Shown piece by piece: positions 28,254 to 38,254 of a stretch of 64,000 bases of DNA (position 1 is the stretch's first letter; the number at the start of each line of letters is the position of its first letter). The notes under the pieces were generated by a model. The model was not told the origin of the DNA. It saw only the letters and a list, made by a program, of their open reading frames with translations, and made no database searches. Location of the stretch: assembly GCA_902611135.1 (NCBI GenBank), contig CACLYL010000002.1, positions 167-64,166 of the forward strand, read 5' to 3'. The DNA is from an uncultured Fidelibacterota bacterium (GTDB taxonomy: Bacteria; Fidelibacterota; Marinisomatia; Marinisomatales; UBA1611). The position numbers were made by a program, and so were the translations under genes.

Positions 28254-30017
28254 ATGTTTAGAAATCAAAAAATTTTAGTTTTAGTTACTGTTTTATTATC
28301 CAGTTTCTTTTCCATAAATGCTTCTTTAATCGATAAAGATAGCATTTCTGTGGTTGATTTGAGCGTTTATGATGGACATGGGTCCATACTACTAACTTGG
28401 TCATTTCCTGATTCAATCACTTCTAATCATATATATGTCTTCTCAAAAGGTATAGATGATTTGGATTTTAAATTAATCTATGAATCAAATGTTGATGAAA
28501 AAAGATTTTTAGATATAAACTGTAATCCTGACTTATTATCCTTTTATAAAATTAACATTGAAGATATTTTTGGAAATGTTTTCACTAGTGATTTAGCTAC
28601 TCCTGCATTTGGTTCCTGTAAAAAGATAAAAGATAGTTTAAAAATTGACGAATTAGATATTAAACTATTTGCGTTGAATGAAATTTTAAATTTATCAGAT
28701 GAAAGTCATTTTGATGAAAAATTTACACAACTTATAGAGCTGTTAAGGCCTGATTATGTAAACATGAATATATGGTTAGAAAAATACCCATTAGATTTTC
28801 TTCAAAACTCAGATAGAGAGATTGAAATATTACATTCAGTAATCAATGAGGATTCTTGGATAGACATCCTGATTAATAAACAGCCTATCATAAGCAACTA
28901 TTTTAAATTGACTCCTGATGAGTGGGTTGAAGAGTGTTTATTAATTGTAAAAGAGATAAAGAATAATTGGAATATTTTATATTCAAAATATAGTGCAGCT
29001 GTAGACTTTTACCATTCTATTGATCCTGTTAAAATTGTAAGTATGAACGTTTCGAATGGAATGGACAAAGCATTGAACCTTTATGTGTTTGACAAGTCAA
29101 GATTTGAGATGAGTGACTTCTATATTTTGTCAGGAAATCAATTTATCAACCTTACAAGTTTTCAAATTTCTGATCAAAATACAATTTCAATTTCAATTCC
29201 CAATCATTGGGAGAAAGTAAGTCTAATGACGGATGATTCAATAGTTCAAGAATGCTTCACGTTCATTGATTTATCTTTATCCTATACTCTTAAAAATGAA
29301 ATAGTTTCCTTTGATTCAACAATATTATTTAATGTTTCTGCCAATAAATCATCTATAATGTTAAATGAAATTTTATGGAATAATGATTCCAGAAAATTAA
29401 TCTTAGAATTAGCAGGTAAAACTTCAATGGATACGCTTTATTCAATTTATATTAATAATGAGCCGATCTGGAAAGTTGATGGGTTCAATAACTACGATAT
29501 GCAATTTTTAGATTCCTCATTTATGATTGATGAAAGTTTGGTATTGCCACTTACTCTTTCATTGAACCGTTTTTCTTATCAAAAAAATGAAATAATGGAA
29601 TATATAATCCTTGATACTTCCGCAATTGTTAAAAGTCGAGAGAATGATTTTGGGATATGGTCTGATTCAAAGATATTATCATTTGGTACAAGTAATAAAG
29701 AAATTATAAGCTCAATTGATAAATCTGTCATACCTGAATATTTCATATTATATCAAAACTACCCAAACCCTTTCAATGGCGTAACCCAGATAACATTCGA
29801 TTTACTAGAAGATGCGAATGTATCCTTACATGTTACCGATGCTAAAGGTAGAGTTCATGAAAAGTTTTTAGAAAATAACTTTATTTATTCTGGTAATTAT
29901 AGTTTTATCTGGGATGGTGAAAAAAAGTCAACTGGGATTTACTTTTTTACTTTACATGTGATGGTTAATGGACAGCCTCCAGCGGTAATGAGTAGAAAAA
30001 TGATTTATCTAAAATAA
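28254..30017 (+). CDS. Hypothetical secreted protein with a T9SS C-terminal sorting domain
   Basis: 587 aa with a signal peptide and an FN3-like N-terminal segment (GSILLTWSFPDS ... YKINIEDIFGN). The C-terminus is YQNYPNPFNGVTQITFDL ... GIYFFTLHV. Confidence 0.6.
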   Translation: MFRNQKILVLVTVLLSSFFSINASLIDKDSISVVDLSVYDGHGSILLTWSFPDSITSNHIYVFSKGIDDLDFKLIYESNVDEKRFLDINCNPDLLSFYKINIEDIFGNVFTSDLATPAFGSCKKIKDSLKIDELDIKLFALNEILNLSDESHFDEKFTQLIELLRPDYVNMNIWLEKYPLDFLQNSDREIEILHSVINEDSWIDILINKQPIISNYFKLTPDEWVEECLLIVKEIKNNWNILYSKYSAAVDFYHSIDPVKIVSMNVSNGMDKALNLYVFDKSRFEMSDFYILSGNQFINLTSFQISDQNTISISIPNHWEKVSLMTDDSIVQECFTFIDLSLSYTLKNEIVSFDSTILFNVSANKSSIMLNEILWNNDSRKLILELAGKTSMDTLYSIYINNEPIWKVDGFNNYDMQFLDSSFMIDESLVLPLTLSLNRFSYQKNEIMEYIILDTSAIVKSRENDFGIWSDSKILSFGTSNKEIISSIDKSVIPEYFILYQNYPNPFNGVTQITFDLLEDANVSLHVTDAKGRVHEKFLENNFIYSGNYSFIWDGEKKSTGIYFFTLHVMVNGQPPAVMSRKMIYLK

Positions 30018-30068
30018 ATAATCCATTTTATTTTTTATGAACTATGTTTATCGTAGTTTTAGATAAAT

Positions 30069-30770
30069 ATGATCAATATCAAATTAATCGTTAGCTGTCT
30101 TTTTTTTAAAATATTTATGACTGGGTGTGCGTCTCATCCAGCTGTTCTACCTGAAACACCCAAAAAAGGGGAAATTAGTAGAGGATTTTCATTTGCAATT
30201 GAGAATATCGTTCCTACTATGTGGTGGCGATACGGTTTAGGTAAATATTCAGATGTGGGATTACGTTTGGGGATTCCAATTTCTGGTAGCGGAATAGATT
30301 TTAATCGAATATTATATAAAAAAGATCAAAAATGGGAAGTTATAAATCTCGCCTATAATTTTACTCAAAATAAGAGTTTTGATCTTACTTATTATAGATT
30401 TCGAGGTGTCAAAAGAGAAGAAATTTATAATCCTTTATTAATCAAATGGTCAGGGTACCGTTTAATGTATATACCAAAAGGTATAAGTGGAGGAACTAGT
30501 GTGAGGTTTGGATACTTATTAGGTCAAAGAATAAGCAGAAGATGGGGGTATGAACTTGGTTATTTTCATGATTTTAGATCCATGCCTTTATCTAAGGTTA
30601 TAGGAGGATCTGATACAAAAGGAGGCTGGGATCCTAAGGATGAATCAGTATTAGATGAGTATGGAGATGCCTATGTTAATTATCCTCATAAATATCAAGG
30701 ATTACCATCAGAATATTCTCGTGCAACGGGACTTTCCTTTCAAATTTTTATGTATTTAGGAAAGATTTAG
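30069..30770 (+). CDS. Hypothetical lipoprotein (possibly a small beta-barrel)
   Basis: 233 aa. The lipobox is FMTGCASHP, and the alternating aromatic/Gly-rich strands are typical of outer-membrane proteins. I recognised no family. Confidence 0.5.
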   Translation: MINIKLIVSCLFFKIFMTGCASHPAVLPETPKKGEISRGFSFAIENIVPTMWWRYGLGKYSDVGLRLGIPISGSGIDFNRILYKKDQKWEVINLAYNFTQNKSFDLTYYRFRGVKREEIYNPLLIKWSGYRLMYIPKGISGGTSVRFGYLLGQRISRRWGYELGYFHDFRSMPLSKVIGGSDTKGGWDPKDESVLDEYGDAYVNYPHKYQGLPSEYSRATGLSFQIFMYLGKI

Positions 30771-30789
30771 TTGTTAATTTTACTTAATT

Positions 30790-31761
30790 ATGCCTAAGTC
30801 TGAATTTTGGTTTAAGCTGATAGCTAACGATAAAATAAAATGTAAAAACTATATTAATGAAAATTTAAATACTAAAAACTTAGTTTCAATTTGTAATGAT
30901 TTAATCTGTTTTAGTGTTCTGACAAGAAAAAAATCTAATTCAGTTTATCATCCAGTTATAATTATAAATGTTATTAAGAACTTAATTGGAGATGATAGAG
31001 AACAACCATCCAAGATTTTGATTAATTTTTTTATAGATTTTATATTGAACTATAAAATTAGAGAAAGTGATGATTATCTTTTAAGTGAGGTTTTGAAGAG
31101 TGGTATCGGCGTTACTGCATTCGCAGGTGATTTAGAAGATATATACCAAAAAGGAGATTGGACTGAAGCTGAAAAAATAGCTGCAAAATTCTTCCTATTG
31201 TCTGATAAAACTAGAGCAACAATGGATATATTATGTGAAATGGCTCTGCAGGATATTCCAAAAAATGGCTTATTTGTTTTCCATCTTTTGAGAGCATATG
31301 AATTTCAGAAAATGGTAAAGAAAAATTGGGACTTTACACGATGTTTAATGTTAGAAATAAGTAAAAATAAATTACCCAAACCACATAAGTTTTCAGATAA
31401 AACTCCAAAAAATATTGGAGAAAAATCCTTTTTAAATATTGATTTAGCCTTATACAGCGCAATGACCCGAATTTGGAATGGGGATTATGTTAGATTAAAA
31501 GGCTATCAAAGAGAGATCAGCCACTGGATTAATAATCATGACCAAAACAATGTAATATCCAATAGACTAAAGCTGGCTGATTGGTTATTTAAAGTAGAGA
31601 GAGATAAATATATAAGATTTGCAGAAAAAATAATTCTTGATAAGAGCAAGCAAGAGATTGAAAAACTAAGACAATTAGTTCTCATTGACTCAGTTAGAGC
31701 AATTTTAAAATATAAAGATGCAAAAATAATAGAATTATTGAAAATGAGACTTTCTAAATGA
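30790..31761 (+). CDS. Hypothetical protein (helical, no recognised family)
   Basis: 323-aa uninterrupted ORF that overlaps the next gene by 4 nt (ATGA). Confidence 0.5.
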   Translation: MPKSEFWFKLIANDKIKCKNYINENLNTKNLVSICNDLICFSVLTRKKSNSVYHPVIIINVIKNLIGDDREQPSKILINFFIDFILNYKIRESDDYLLSEVLKSGIGVTAFAGDLEDIYQKGDWTEAEKIAAKFFLLSDKTRATMDILCEMALQDIPKNGLFVFHLLRAYEFQKMVKKNWDFTRCLMLEISKNKLPKPHKFSDKTPKNIGEKSFLNIDLALYSAMTRIWNGDYVRLKGYQREISHWINNHDQNNVISNRLKLADWLFKVERDKYIRFAEKIILDKSKQEIEKLRQLVLIDSVRAILKYKDAKIIELLKMRLSK

Positions 31762-32129
31762 GTAAAGAAGAAAAATTTAAAATTGAAGAGTTGTTTCATA
31801 AAGGGCTAAGGGAATATGAATTAATGGACTATTTTGAAGCCCATGAAATTTGGGAAGAGCTTTGGTCTGATTACTATTTAGAGGATAGGAAGTTTATACA
31901 GGCCTTAATTCAGTTATCTGTTAGTTTTGTTCACATTGGGAATGGTAATCTCATAGGGGCAAAAAATTTATTAAAGAAATCGAAAAATAAATTTTTAGAA
32001 TTTTCTGGAACTCACCGAGGCATTAATATTAAAAAATTAATAAAACAAATTGAAATGGTCGCTTTAGATTATGAGAATTTAGAAAATACTGATAATTTTG
32101 AGTGGGACTTGGTGCCCAAATTAGATTAA
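31758..32129 (+). CDS. DUF309 domain protein
   Basis: 123 aa. FHKGLREYELMDYFEAHEIWEELW ... FIQALIQLSVSFVH matches the DUF309 signature (YFEAHE..E..W). Confidence 0.55.
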   Translation: MSKEEKFKIEELFHKGLREYELMDYFEAHEIWEELWSDYYLEDRKFIQALIQLSVSFVHIGNGNLIGAKNLLKKSKNKFLEFSGTHRGINIKKLIKQIEMVALDYENLENTDNFEWDLVPKLD

Positions 32130-32131
32130 TT

Positions 32132-32473
32132 ATGGTTGAGATTTTACTATTTATAAAAGATTTTGAATTTGGATCAAAAGTATCCTCTAGCTGTGTGAAT
32201 CAGGATAAAAATGTGGAATTTAGCGATGAAAATTCAAAGCCAGATTCTTTTCCAAAATCGGTTAAAATGGCGATTGTTGATATGGATGAAGAAGTGTTTG
32301 CCTCCATTGGGCTAGTTGCAGAACTAAAAAGGCTAAACATAGCTGTGATTGGGACTAAAAAAAGAATCTCAAATAAGGAACAATCAAAAATAAAGTCGGT
32401 TGGTTGTGATATGCTATTGCCAAAATCAAGCTTGGTGAAAAACATACCTAGTTTGATAGATCAGCTATTATAG
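32132..32473 (+). CDS. Hypothetical protein, weakly CheY/receiver-like
   Basis: ATG 32132 lies 2 nt after the DUF309 stop. The pattern ILLFIKD ... MAIVDMD ... AVIGT ... LLPKS loosely follows the REC-fold beta-strand/acidic-pocket layout. Weak. Confidence 0.35.
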   Translation: MVEILLFIKDFEFGSKVSSSCVNQDKNVEFSDENSKPDSFPKSVKMAIVDMDEEVFASIGLVAELKRLNIAVIGTKKRISNKEQSKIKSVGCDMLLPKSSLVKNIPSLIDQLL

Positions 32474-32579
32474 AACATTAATTCTCTTATAAACAAAAAC
32501 CTTTTGGGCCCTATTCTTTTTGTTCATTTTCAATTTAGAGGCTAACTTTGCGTTTTACTAATTAAACATTTTAATATAT

Positions 32580-32993
32580 ATGAGTCATCCAGTTTTAACA
32601 AAAAAATACCACTTTTGCGCATCCCACAAGTATGGAAATTCCTTTTGGAGTGATGAGAAAAATTATCAAGTCTTTGGTAAGGACTATGATACTCATGGAC
32701 ACAATTATGTATTAGAAGTTTCGTTAACTGGAAAAGTAAATCCTGATACGGGATGGTTAACTGATCTTCAAAAATTAAATAAACTTGTAAAAGAAAAAGT
32801 GACTGGTGTTTTAGATCACTCTCAAATTGAATTGAAGGTTCCTTGGTTTAAAGACAAGCAACCTTCATCTGAAGAAATTGTTGTTTGGATATGGGGGCAA
32901 CTCGAACCGAATATTGCCGAAGGTAAACTTTATAAAATTAGATTAGTAGAAACTCATTCTATCTACACAGATTATTATGGTCCTGATCGATAA
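32580..32993 (+). CDS. queD: 6-carboxy-5,6,7,8-tetrahydropterin synthase
   Basis: 137 aa. FCASHKY ... HGHNY ... supplies the zinc-binding His and catalytic Cys of the PTPS/QueD family. Confidence 0.85.
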   Translation: MSHPVLTKKYHFCASHKYGNSFWSDEKNYQVFGKDYDTHGHNYVLEVSLTGKVNPDTGWLTDLQKLNKLVKEKVTGVLDHSQIELKVPWFKDKQPSSEEIVVWIWGQLEPNIAEGKLYKIRLVETHSIYTDYYGPDR

Positions 32994-32994
32994 A

Positions 32995-33645
32995 ATGAAA
33001 TTAAAGGATCAATTATATATTGTATTGGTTGGTATTTTCATTGCTTCCCTCATAACCTGTAATTTAATTGCGAACAAGTTTGTCACGGTTGATCTTGGTT
33101 TTAAAGTTTTCATCGTTTCAGCCGGCATATTACCATATCCTTTGACATTTTTGGTAACGGATTTGATTTCTGAAATATACGGCCAAAAAAGAGCAACCCT
33201 GGTCGTTTTTTCTGGTTTTATTGCTTCTATGTTTGTTTTACTATTTTTATGGTTAGGTGGTCAATTTAATGCTATTCCAAGTTCTATAGTTGGTGATGAA
33301 ACATATAATAGTGTTTTCCAAAATGCATGGAGAATTATAGCAGCATCTATGATCGCATATTTATTTGCCCAGTTTGTTGATGTAAGAATTTTTCATTTTT
33401 GGAAAAAGTTAACAAATGGAAAACATCTCTGGCTTAGAAATAATGGTTCCACGGTTGCATCACAGCTCATTGATACGACACTAGTGGTGTGTATTCTTTT
33501 TCTAGGAGTTTGGAATGGAGATCAAATTTTTCAAGCTATAATAGATGGTTGGCTTTTCAAAATGCTAATGGCGTTTGTTGATACTCCCATCATATATGGC
33601 ATAGTCTACCTTTTAAAGGGGAAAATTGATATTGCAAAGGTTTAA
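32995..33645 (+). CDS. yhhQ: Queuosine-precursor transporter (YhhQ/DUF165 family)
   Basis: ATG 32995 lies 2 nt after the queD stop. It is a multi-TM protein with ILPYPLTFLVTDLISEIYG and QLIDTTLV, typical of YhhQ. It sits between queD and folE. Confidence 0.7.
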   Translation: MKLKDQLYIVLVGIFIASLITCNLIANKFVTVDLGFKVFIVSAGILPYPLTFLVTDLISEIYGQKRATLVVFSGFIASMFVLLFLWLGGQFNAIPSSIVGDETYNSVFQNAWRIIAASMIAYLFAQFVDVRIFHFWKKLTNGKHLWLRNNGSTVASQLIDTTLVVCILFLGVWNGDQIFQAIIDGWLFKMLMAFVDTPIIYGIVYLLKGKIDIAKV

Positions 33646-33655
33646 AATTTAAAAT

Positions 33656-34219
33656 ATGGAAAATAAGTTAGAAGAAATTACAAAAGAGTTAATTACAGAA
33701 ATTGGTGAGGATCCCAATAGAGAAGGTTTACTTAAGACCCCTAAAAGGGTTGCAAAAGCATGGCAATTTTTCTCAAGAGGGTATAACCAAAAAATTGATG
33801 ATGTTATAAACGAGGCTATATTTAATGAGGATGCAGAAGATATGGTTATTGTCAGAGATATTGAATTTTTTTCTCTTTGTGAACATCATCTAATACCATT
33901 TTTTGGTAAAGCACATGTTGGCTATATACCTAATGGAAAAGTAATTGGACTTTCAAAAATTCCTCGGCTAATTGATATGTATGCTCGCAGGCTCCAAGTT
34001 CAGGAACGTTTAACACATCAAGTTGCTAATTCAATTAAATATGCATTAAATCCCAAAGGTGTGGCAGTTGTTATGGAAGGTCGACATATGTGCATGCAGA
34101 TGAGAGGAGTAGAAAAACAAAATAGTTTTACTTCAACTAGTGCAATGTTTGGACAATTTAAAAAATCTGCCGAAACACGCTCAGAATTTTTGGATATTAT
34201 CAGTAGAGGCAAAATTTAA
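33656..34219 (+). CDS. folE: GTP cyclohydrolase I (type 1)
   Basis: 187 aa with [22 protein letters not shown] and RLQVQERLT. Confidence 0.9.
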   Translation: MENKLEEITKELITEIGEDPNREGLLKTPKRVAKAWQFFSRGYNQKIDDVINEAIFNEDAEDMVIVRDIEFFSLCEHHLIPFFGKAHVGYIPNGKVIGLSKIPRLIDMYARRLQVQERLTHQVANSIKYALNPKGVAVVMEGRHMCMQMRGVEKQNSFTSTSAMFGQFKKSAETRSEFLDIISRGKI

Positions 34220-34221
34220 TA

Positions 34222-35607
34222 TTGAAGTTTGATCTTTCAATTATAGGAGGTGGCCCGGGAGGATATTACGCAGCAATTAGAGCTTCCCAATTCGGCAAAA
34301 AAGTATGTTTAATAGATAAAGACAATCTAGGAGGAATTTGTTTAAATTGGGGGTGCATACCAACTAAAACGTTGCTAAAAAATGCAGAAGTTTATAGTTA
34401 CATAAAAAATTCGAGAAAATATGGAATTAATGTTGAGAAAATCTCTTTAAACATTATAAAAAATATTAAGCGTAGTAGGGAAGTATCCAAAAGGCTTAGT
34501 AAGGGCATAGAGTATTTGATAAAAAAAAATAATATCTTTCATATGAAAGGAAATGCCAGTTTGAAAAATAAAAATGAAATTATGGTTAATTCAAACGATA
34601 ATTTGAATCTAATTGAGTCTGACTACATTATATTAGCAACTGGAGCAAGACCAAAAACGTTCCCAAGCTTTAATATGGACAATAAAAGGATAATAAGTTC
34701 AAAAGAAGCGATGTTGTTAGAGAAAATACCGAAAAAAATTGTAATAATTGGCTCTGGAGCAATAGGCTGTGAATTTTCTTATTATTTTAATGAATTCGGT
34801 GCAGAGGTTCATTTGATTGAATCGGAGGATAAAATTTTACCACTTGAAGATTTAGATGTTTCAAAAGAACTAGAAAAAAACTTTATAAAATCTGGCATTC
34901 AAATCCATAAAAGTAGCAAAGTATCAAAAATTAATAGTTCGAAGTCAGAGGTAAAGGTAACGTACTTAGAAGATTCAAATCAGAAAGTTCTAAAAGGTGA
35001 TTATGCTTTAGTGGCTGTTGGCGTAACGGGTAATGTTGAAAACATAGGTTTAGAGGAACTTGGGATAAAAGTTGCAAATGGAGCCGTAAAAGTAAATGAA
35101 TATAACCAAACAAATATTGAAAATATTTATGCTATTGGTGATGTAAGTGGTCCACCATGGTTAGCTCACGTTGCCTCAGCTCAAGGGAATTTAGCGGTAG
35201 AGCATGCTTTTGAAAAGGGCGCTAGACCAGTAGATTATTTAAATATTCCTGGATGTACATATTGCCAGCCTCAAGTAGCTTCAATTGGTCTAACAGAAAA
35301 AGAAGCATTAAGAATAGGACATGAGGTTAAAATTGGGAAATATTCATTTATGGCTAATGGAAAAGCATTAGCCGTTGGACATAATGAAGGGTTTGTTAAA
35401 CTTATATTTGATCAAAAATATGGAGAATTAATTGGTGCTCATATAATAGGCCAAAATGCAACAGAACTAATTGCTGAATTGAGTATAGCTAAATCATTAG
35501 AAACTACCTGGGAGCAGCTAGCCTTTGGTATACATCCTCACCCGACCTTTTCAGAGGGTATCATGGAAGCAGCTATGGATGCATATGGAATATGCATTCA
35601 TCAATAA
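34222..35607 (+). CDS. lpdA: Dihydrolipoyl dehydrogenase (E3)
   Basis: TTG start. It has the IIGGGPGGY FAD motif, the redox disulfide GGICLNWGCIPTK and the C-terminal HPHPTFSE. Confidence 0.9.
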   Translation: MKFDLSIIGGGPGGYYAAIRASQFGKKVCLIDKDNLGGICLNWGCIPTKTLLKNAEVYSYIKNSRKYGINVEKISLNIIKNIKRSREVSKRLSKGIEYLIKKNNIFHMKGNASLKNKNEIMVNSNDNLNLIESDYIILATGARPKTFPSFNMDNKRIISSKEAMLLEKIPKKIVIIGSGAIGCEFSYYFNEFGAEVHLIESEDKILPLEDLDVSKELEKNFIKSGIQIHKSSKVSKINSSKSEVKVTYLEDSNQKVLKGDYALVAVGVTGNVENIGLEELGIKVANGAVKVNEYNQTNIENIYAIGDVSGPPWLAHVASAQGNLAVEHAFEKGARPVDYLNIPGCTYCQPQVASIGLTEKEALRIGHEVKIGKYSFMANGKALAVGHNEGFVKLIFDQKYGELIGAHIIGQNATELIAELSIAKSLETTWEQLAFGIHPHPTFSEGIMEAAMDAYGICIHQ

Positions 35608-36257
35608 TGAACAATTTTAAAAATAATATTGAGGTGATGGATTTAGGGCAGAGCTCATATGAAAAAGTCTGGGATTTACAGAAAAAAATGCAAAGTCAAA
35701 GGATTAATTCTAGAATTGATGATACATTAATCTTCGTCGAACATGAGCCAGTGTATACTTTAGGAAAAAATGCAAATAAAAATCATGTTTTGCAAAATAT
35801 AGATCCAGATATAAAGATATATCAAATTGAACGTGGGGGTGATGTCACCTATCATGGCCCAGGTCAATTGGTCGTTTATCCGATAATTGATTTAAGTAAT
35901 TACAAAAAAAGTATAAGCTGGTATATGCGTGCTATAGAGCAAGTCAGTATAGATACATTGTCTGAATATGATATAAAAGCTGTGAGGAATCTTGATTTGA
36001 CAGGTGTTTGGGTTGAAGATGAAAAAATAGCAGCGCAAGGAGTAAAGATTAGTCGATGGGTTACAATGCATGGTTTTTCAATTAATGTTAATACAAATCT
36101 TGAGCACTATAATAGTATAATTCCTTGTGGGATTTTTGATAGAGGTGTGACATCGATGTCTAAATTATTAGGTAGAGATGTTAATATTGATAGATTGAAA
36201 ATGGTTGTTCAGAAACATTTTAATAGTAATTTAAACAAAAACGATTATCCTAATTAA
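35607..36257 (+). CDS. lipB: Octanoyltransferase (lipoyl(octanoyl) transferase)
   Basis: ATG 35607 overlaps the lpdA stop (TAATG). Motifs are RGGDVTYHGPGQLVVYP, the catalytic Lys context KISRWVTMHG, and PCG. Confidence 0.85.
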   Translation: MNNFKNNIEVMDLGQSSYEKVWDLQKKMQSQRINSRIDDTLIFVEHEPVYTLGKNANKNHVLQNIDPDIKIYQIERGGDVTYHGPGQLVVYPIIDLSNYKKSISWYMRAIEQVSIDTLSEYDIKAVRNLDLTGVWVEDEKIAAQGVKISRWVTMHGFSINVNTNLEHYNSIIPCGIFDRGVTSMSKLLGRDVNIDRLKMVVQKHFNSNLNKNDYPN

Positions 36258-38254
36258 TGCTTCAAGGATTTACAAAAAAAAACCTTATTGATGCCTTTTC
36301 TATAATGTATAGTTCAAGAAGATTAGATGAGAAAATGCTTAACTTACTAAAACAAGGAAGAAGCTTCTTTCACATGGGGGCATCTGGTCATGAAGCATCT
36401 CAAGTAGCAGCAGCATATGAAATGCAACCAAGTTATGATTGGTCTTATCCTTATTATAGAGACGCTGCTTTTTGTTTGAAATTAGGAATGACTGTTAGAG
36501 AGCAATTATTGAGTTATTTATCAAAAAGGGATAATGGAAATAATGGTAGGCAAATGCCCCATCATTATAATCATCGAGAGTTAAGAATTGTTAGCCAATC
36601 AAGCGCAACAGGGACACAATTCTTGCAAGCGGTAGGGTGTGCAATGTCTAGAAAATTAGAAAATAATGATGAGATTGTTTATGTTTCTGCTGGAGAGGGA
36701 ACTACTAGTCAAGGCGATTTTCATGAAGCATTAAATTGGGCAAGTAACTTGAGAGCGCCAGTTATTTTTCATATTCAAGATAATGAGTATGCCATATCTA
36801 CTCACAAATCAGTACAAAATGCTGATTCAGTTTATTCGATATCCTCTGGTTACAGAAACCTATCAAGGTACAACGTGGATGGTGTAGATTTTTTTGAAAC
36901 AAATTTAGCCTTTAGAGAGGCAATTAAAAGAGCGCGAAGAGGAAGAGGACCCTCATTAATTGTCTCTAATGTGGTAAGGTTACTGCCTCATTCTAGCTCA
37001 GATGATCAAAGGAAATATCGTACTGAAAGGGAGTTGTTAGAAGATCAGGAAAGAGATCCTTTGGTTGTCTTTAAAAGAGACGTAATTAAAAATAAAATAA
37101 TAAAAGAAAGTGAATTCAAAAAAATTGAAATGGAGATTAAAAAATCCATTGAAAAAGATGTGGAATGGTCTCTTTCTCAAGAGGATCCAAACCCAAATAA
37201 TGCTCACCGATATGTTTATTCTCCTACATCAATAGAAGTTGAGACTGCCAAAAATCCCATCTCACAAGATAAGGTAGTGATGGTAGATGCCATTAACCAT
37301 GCTCTCAATGAAGAGATGGACTTAAACTCAAAGATGATCATCTATGGCCAAGATATTGCTGATCCGAAAGGTGGCGTATTTACAGCGACTAAGGGACTAT
37401 CTTCAAAATACGGCAAAGATAGAGTTTTCAACTCTCCATTAGCAGAATCCTCCATTATAGGGACTGCTATAGGTCTTGCAGTTACAGGTTATAAACCAGT
37501 TGTTGAAATTCAGTTTGCAGATTACATATGGACTTCAATGATGCAAATAAGAAATGAAGTGGTTACTATGAGATATAGATCAAATAACTTATGGGAATGT
37601 CCACTAATCATAAGAGCACCTGTGGGAGGATATATAAATGGTGGTATTTACCATAGCCAATCTATTGATGGTTACTTTATGCATATGCCTGGAATTTTAA
37701 TTGCTTATCCATCAAATGCTTCAGATGCAAAGGGATTATTGAAGATGGCATGTAGGCTAAAAGATCCGGTCATTTTTATGGAGCATAAAGGACTTTATCG
37801 ACAAGGGTATGCCGCTTCATTAGAGCCCGATAGTGATTATCTTTTACCATTTGGGAAAGGGAATATAATTACAAGCGGAGATGAACTAACTATTGTTTCA
37901 TGGGGAGCGATGGTTCAAAAAACAATTGAAGCTATTAAATCATTAGGTTTAGATGAAGGACAAATTGAATTAGTAGACCCAAGGACTCTAAATCCACTTG
38001 ATCTAGATTTAATTAAAAGTTCAGTAAGAAAGACAGGCAAGGTTTTGATAATTCATGAGGATAATATTACTTGTGGACCTGGTGCTGAATTATCAGCCTT
38101 AATTACAGAGCAATGTTTTGAATTTTTAGATGCTCCGGTAAATCGTATTGGATCTAAAAATTCACCAGTCCCATTTCATAAAATATTAGAACAAGAAATA
38201 CTTCCTCAAATAGATACAATTTCATCAAAAATTAAAGAGTTAATGGAGTACTAA
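36257..38254 (+). CDS. 2-oxoacid (branched-chain type) dehydrogenase E1 component, fused alpha/beta subunits
   Basis: 665 aa. The N-terminal half has the TPP-binding alpha motif (SAGEGTTSQGDFHEALNWAS). The C-terminal half is the beta subunit (VFNSPLAESSIIGTAIGLA ... IQFADY). Confidence 0.85.
   Translation: MLQGFTKKNLIDAFSIMYSSRRLDEKMLNLLKQGRSFFHMGASGHEASQVAAAYEMQPSYDWSYPYYRDAAFCLKLGMTVREQLLSYLSKRDNGNNGRQMPHHYNHRELRIVSQSSATGTQFLQAVGCAMSRKLENNDEIVYVSAGEGTTSQGDFHEALNWASNLRAPVIFHIQDNEYAISTHKSVQNADSVYSISSGYRNLSRYNVDGVDFFETNLAFREAIKRARRGRGPSLIVSNVVRLLPHSSSDDQRKYRTERELLEDQERDPLVVFKRDVIKNKIIKESEFKKIEMEIKKSIEKDVEWSLSQEDPNPNNAHRYVYSPTSIEVETAKNPISQDKVVMVDAINHALNEEMDLNSKMIIYGQDIADPKGGVFTATKGLSSKYGKDRVFNSPLAESSIIGTAIGLAVTGYKPVVEIQFADYIWTSMMQIRNEVVTMRYRSNNLWECPLIIRAPVGGYINGGIYHSQSIDGYFMHMPGILIAYPSNASDAKGLLKMACRLKDPVIFMEHKGLYRQGYAASLEPDSDYLLPFGKGNIITSGDELTIVSWGAMVQKTIEAIKSLGLDEGQIELVDPRTLNPLDLDLIKSSVRKTGKVLIIHEDNITCGPGAELSALITEQCFEFLDAPVNRIGSKNSPVPFHKILEQEILPQIDTISSKIKELMEY

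Noticed and set aside
32474-32579. Possible preQ1 riboswitch in the leader of queD
   Set aside because: The context is right, but I could not find the preQ1-I consensus (a 5-bp P1 such as AGAGG...CCTCT followed by an A-rich tail ending near the RBS). AGAGGC is present at about 32537 without a complementary CCTCT. An Infernal scan is needed, so it is not reported as a feature.
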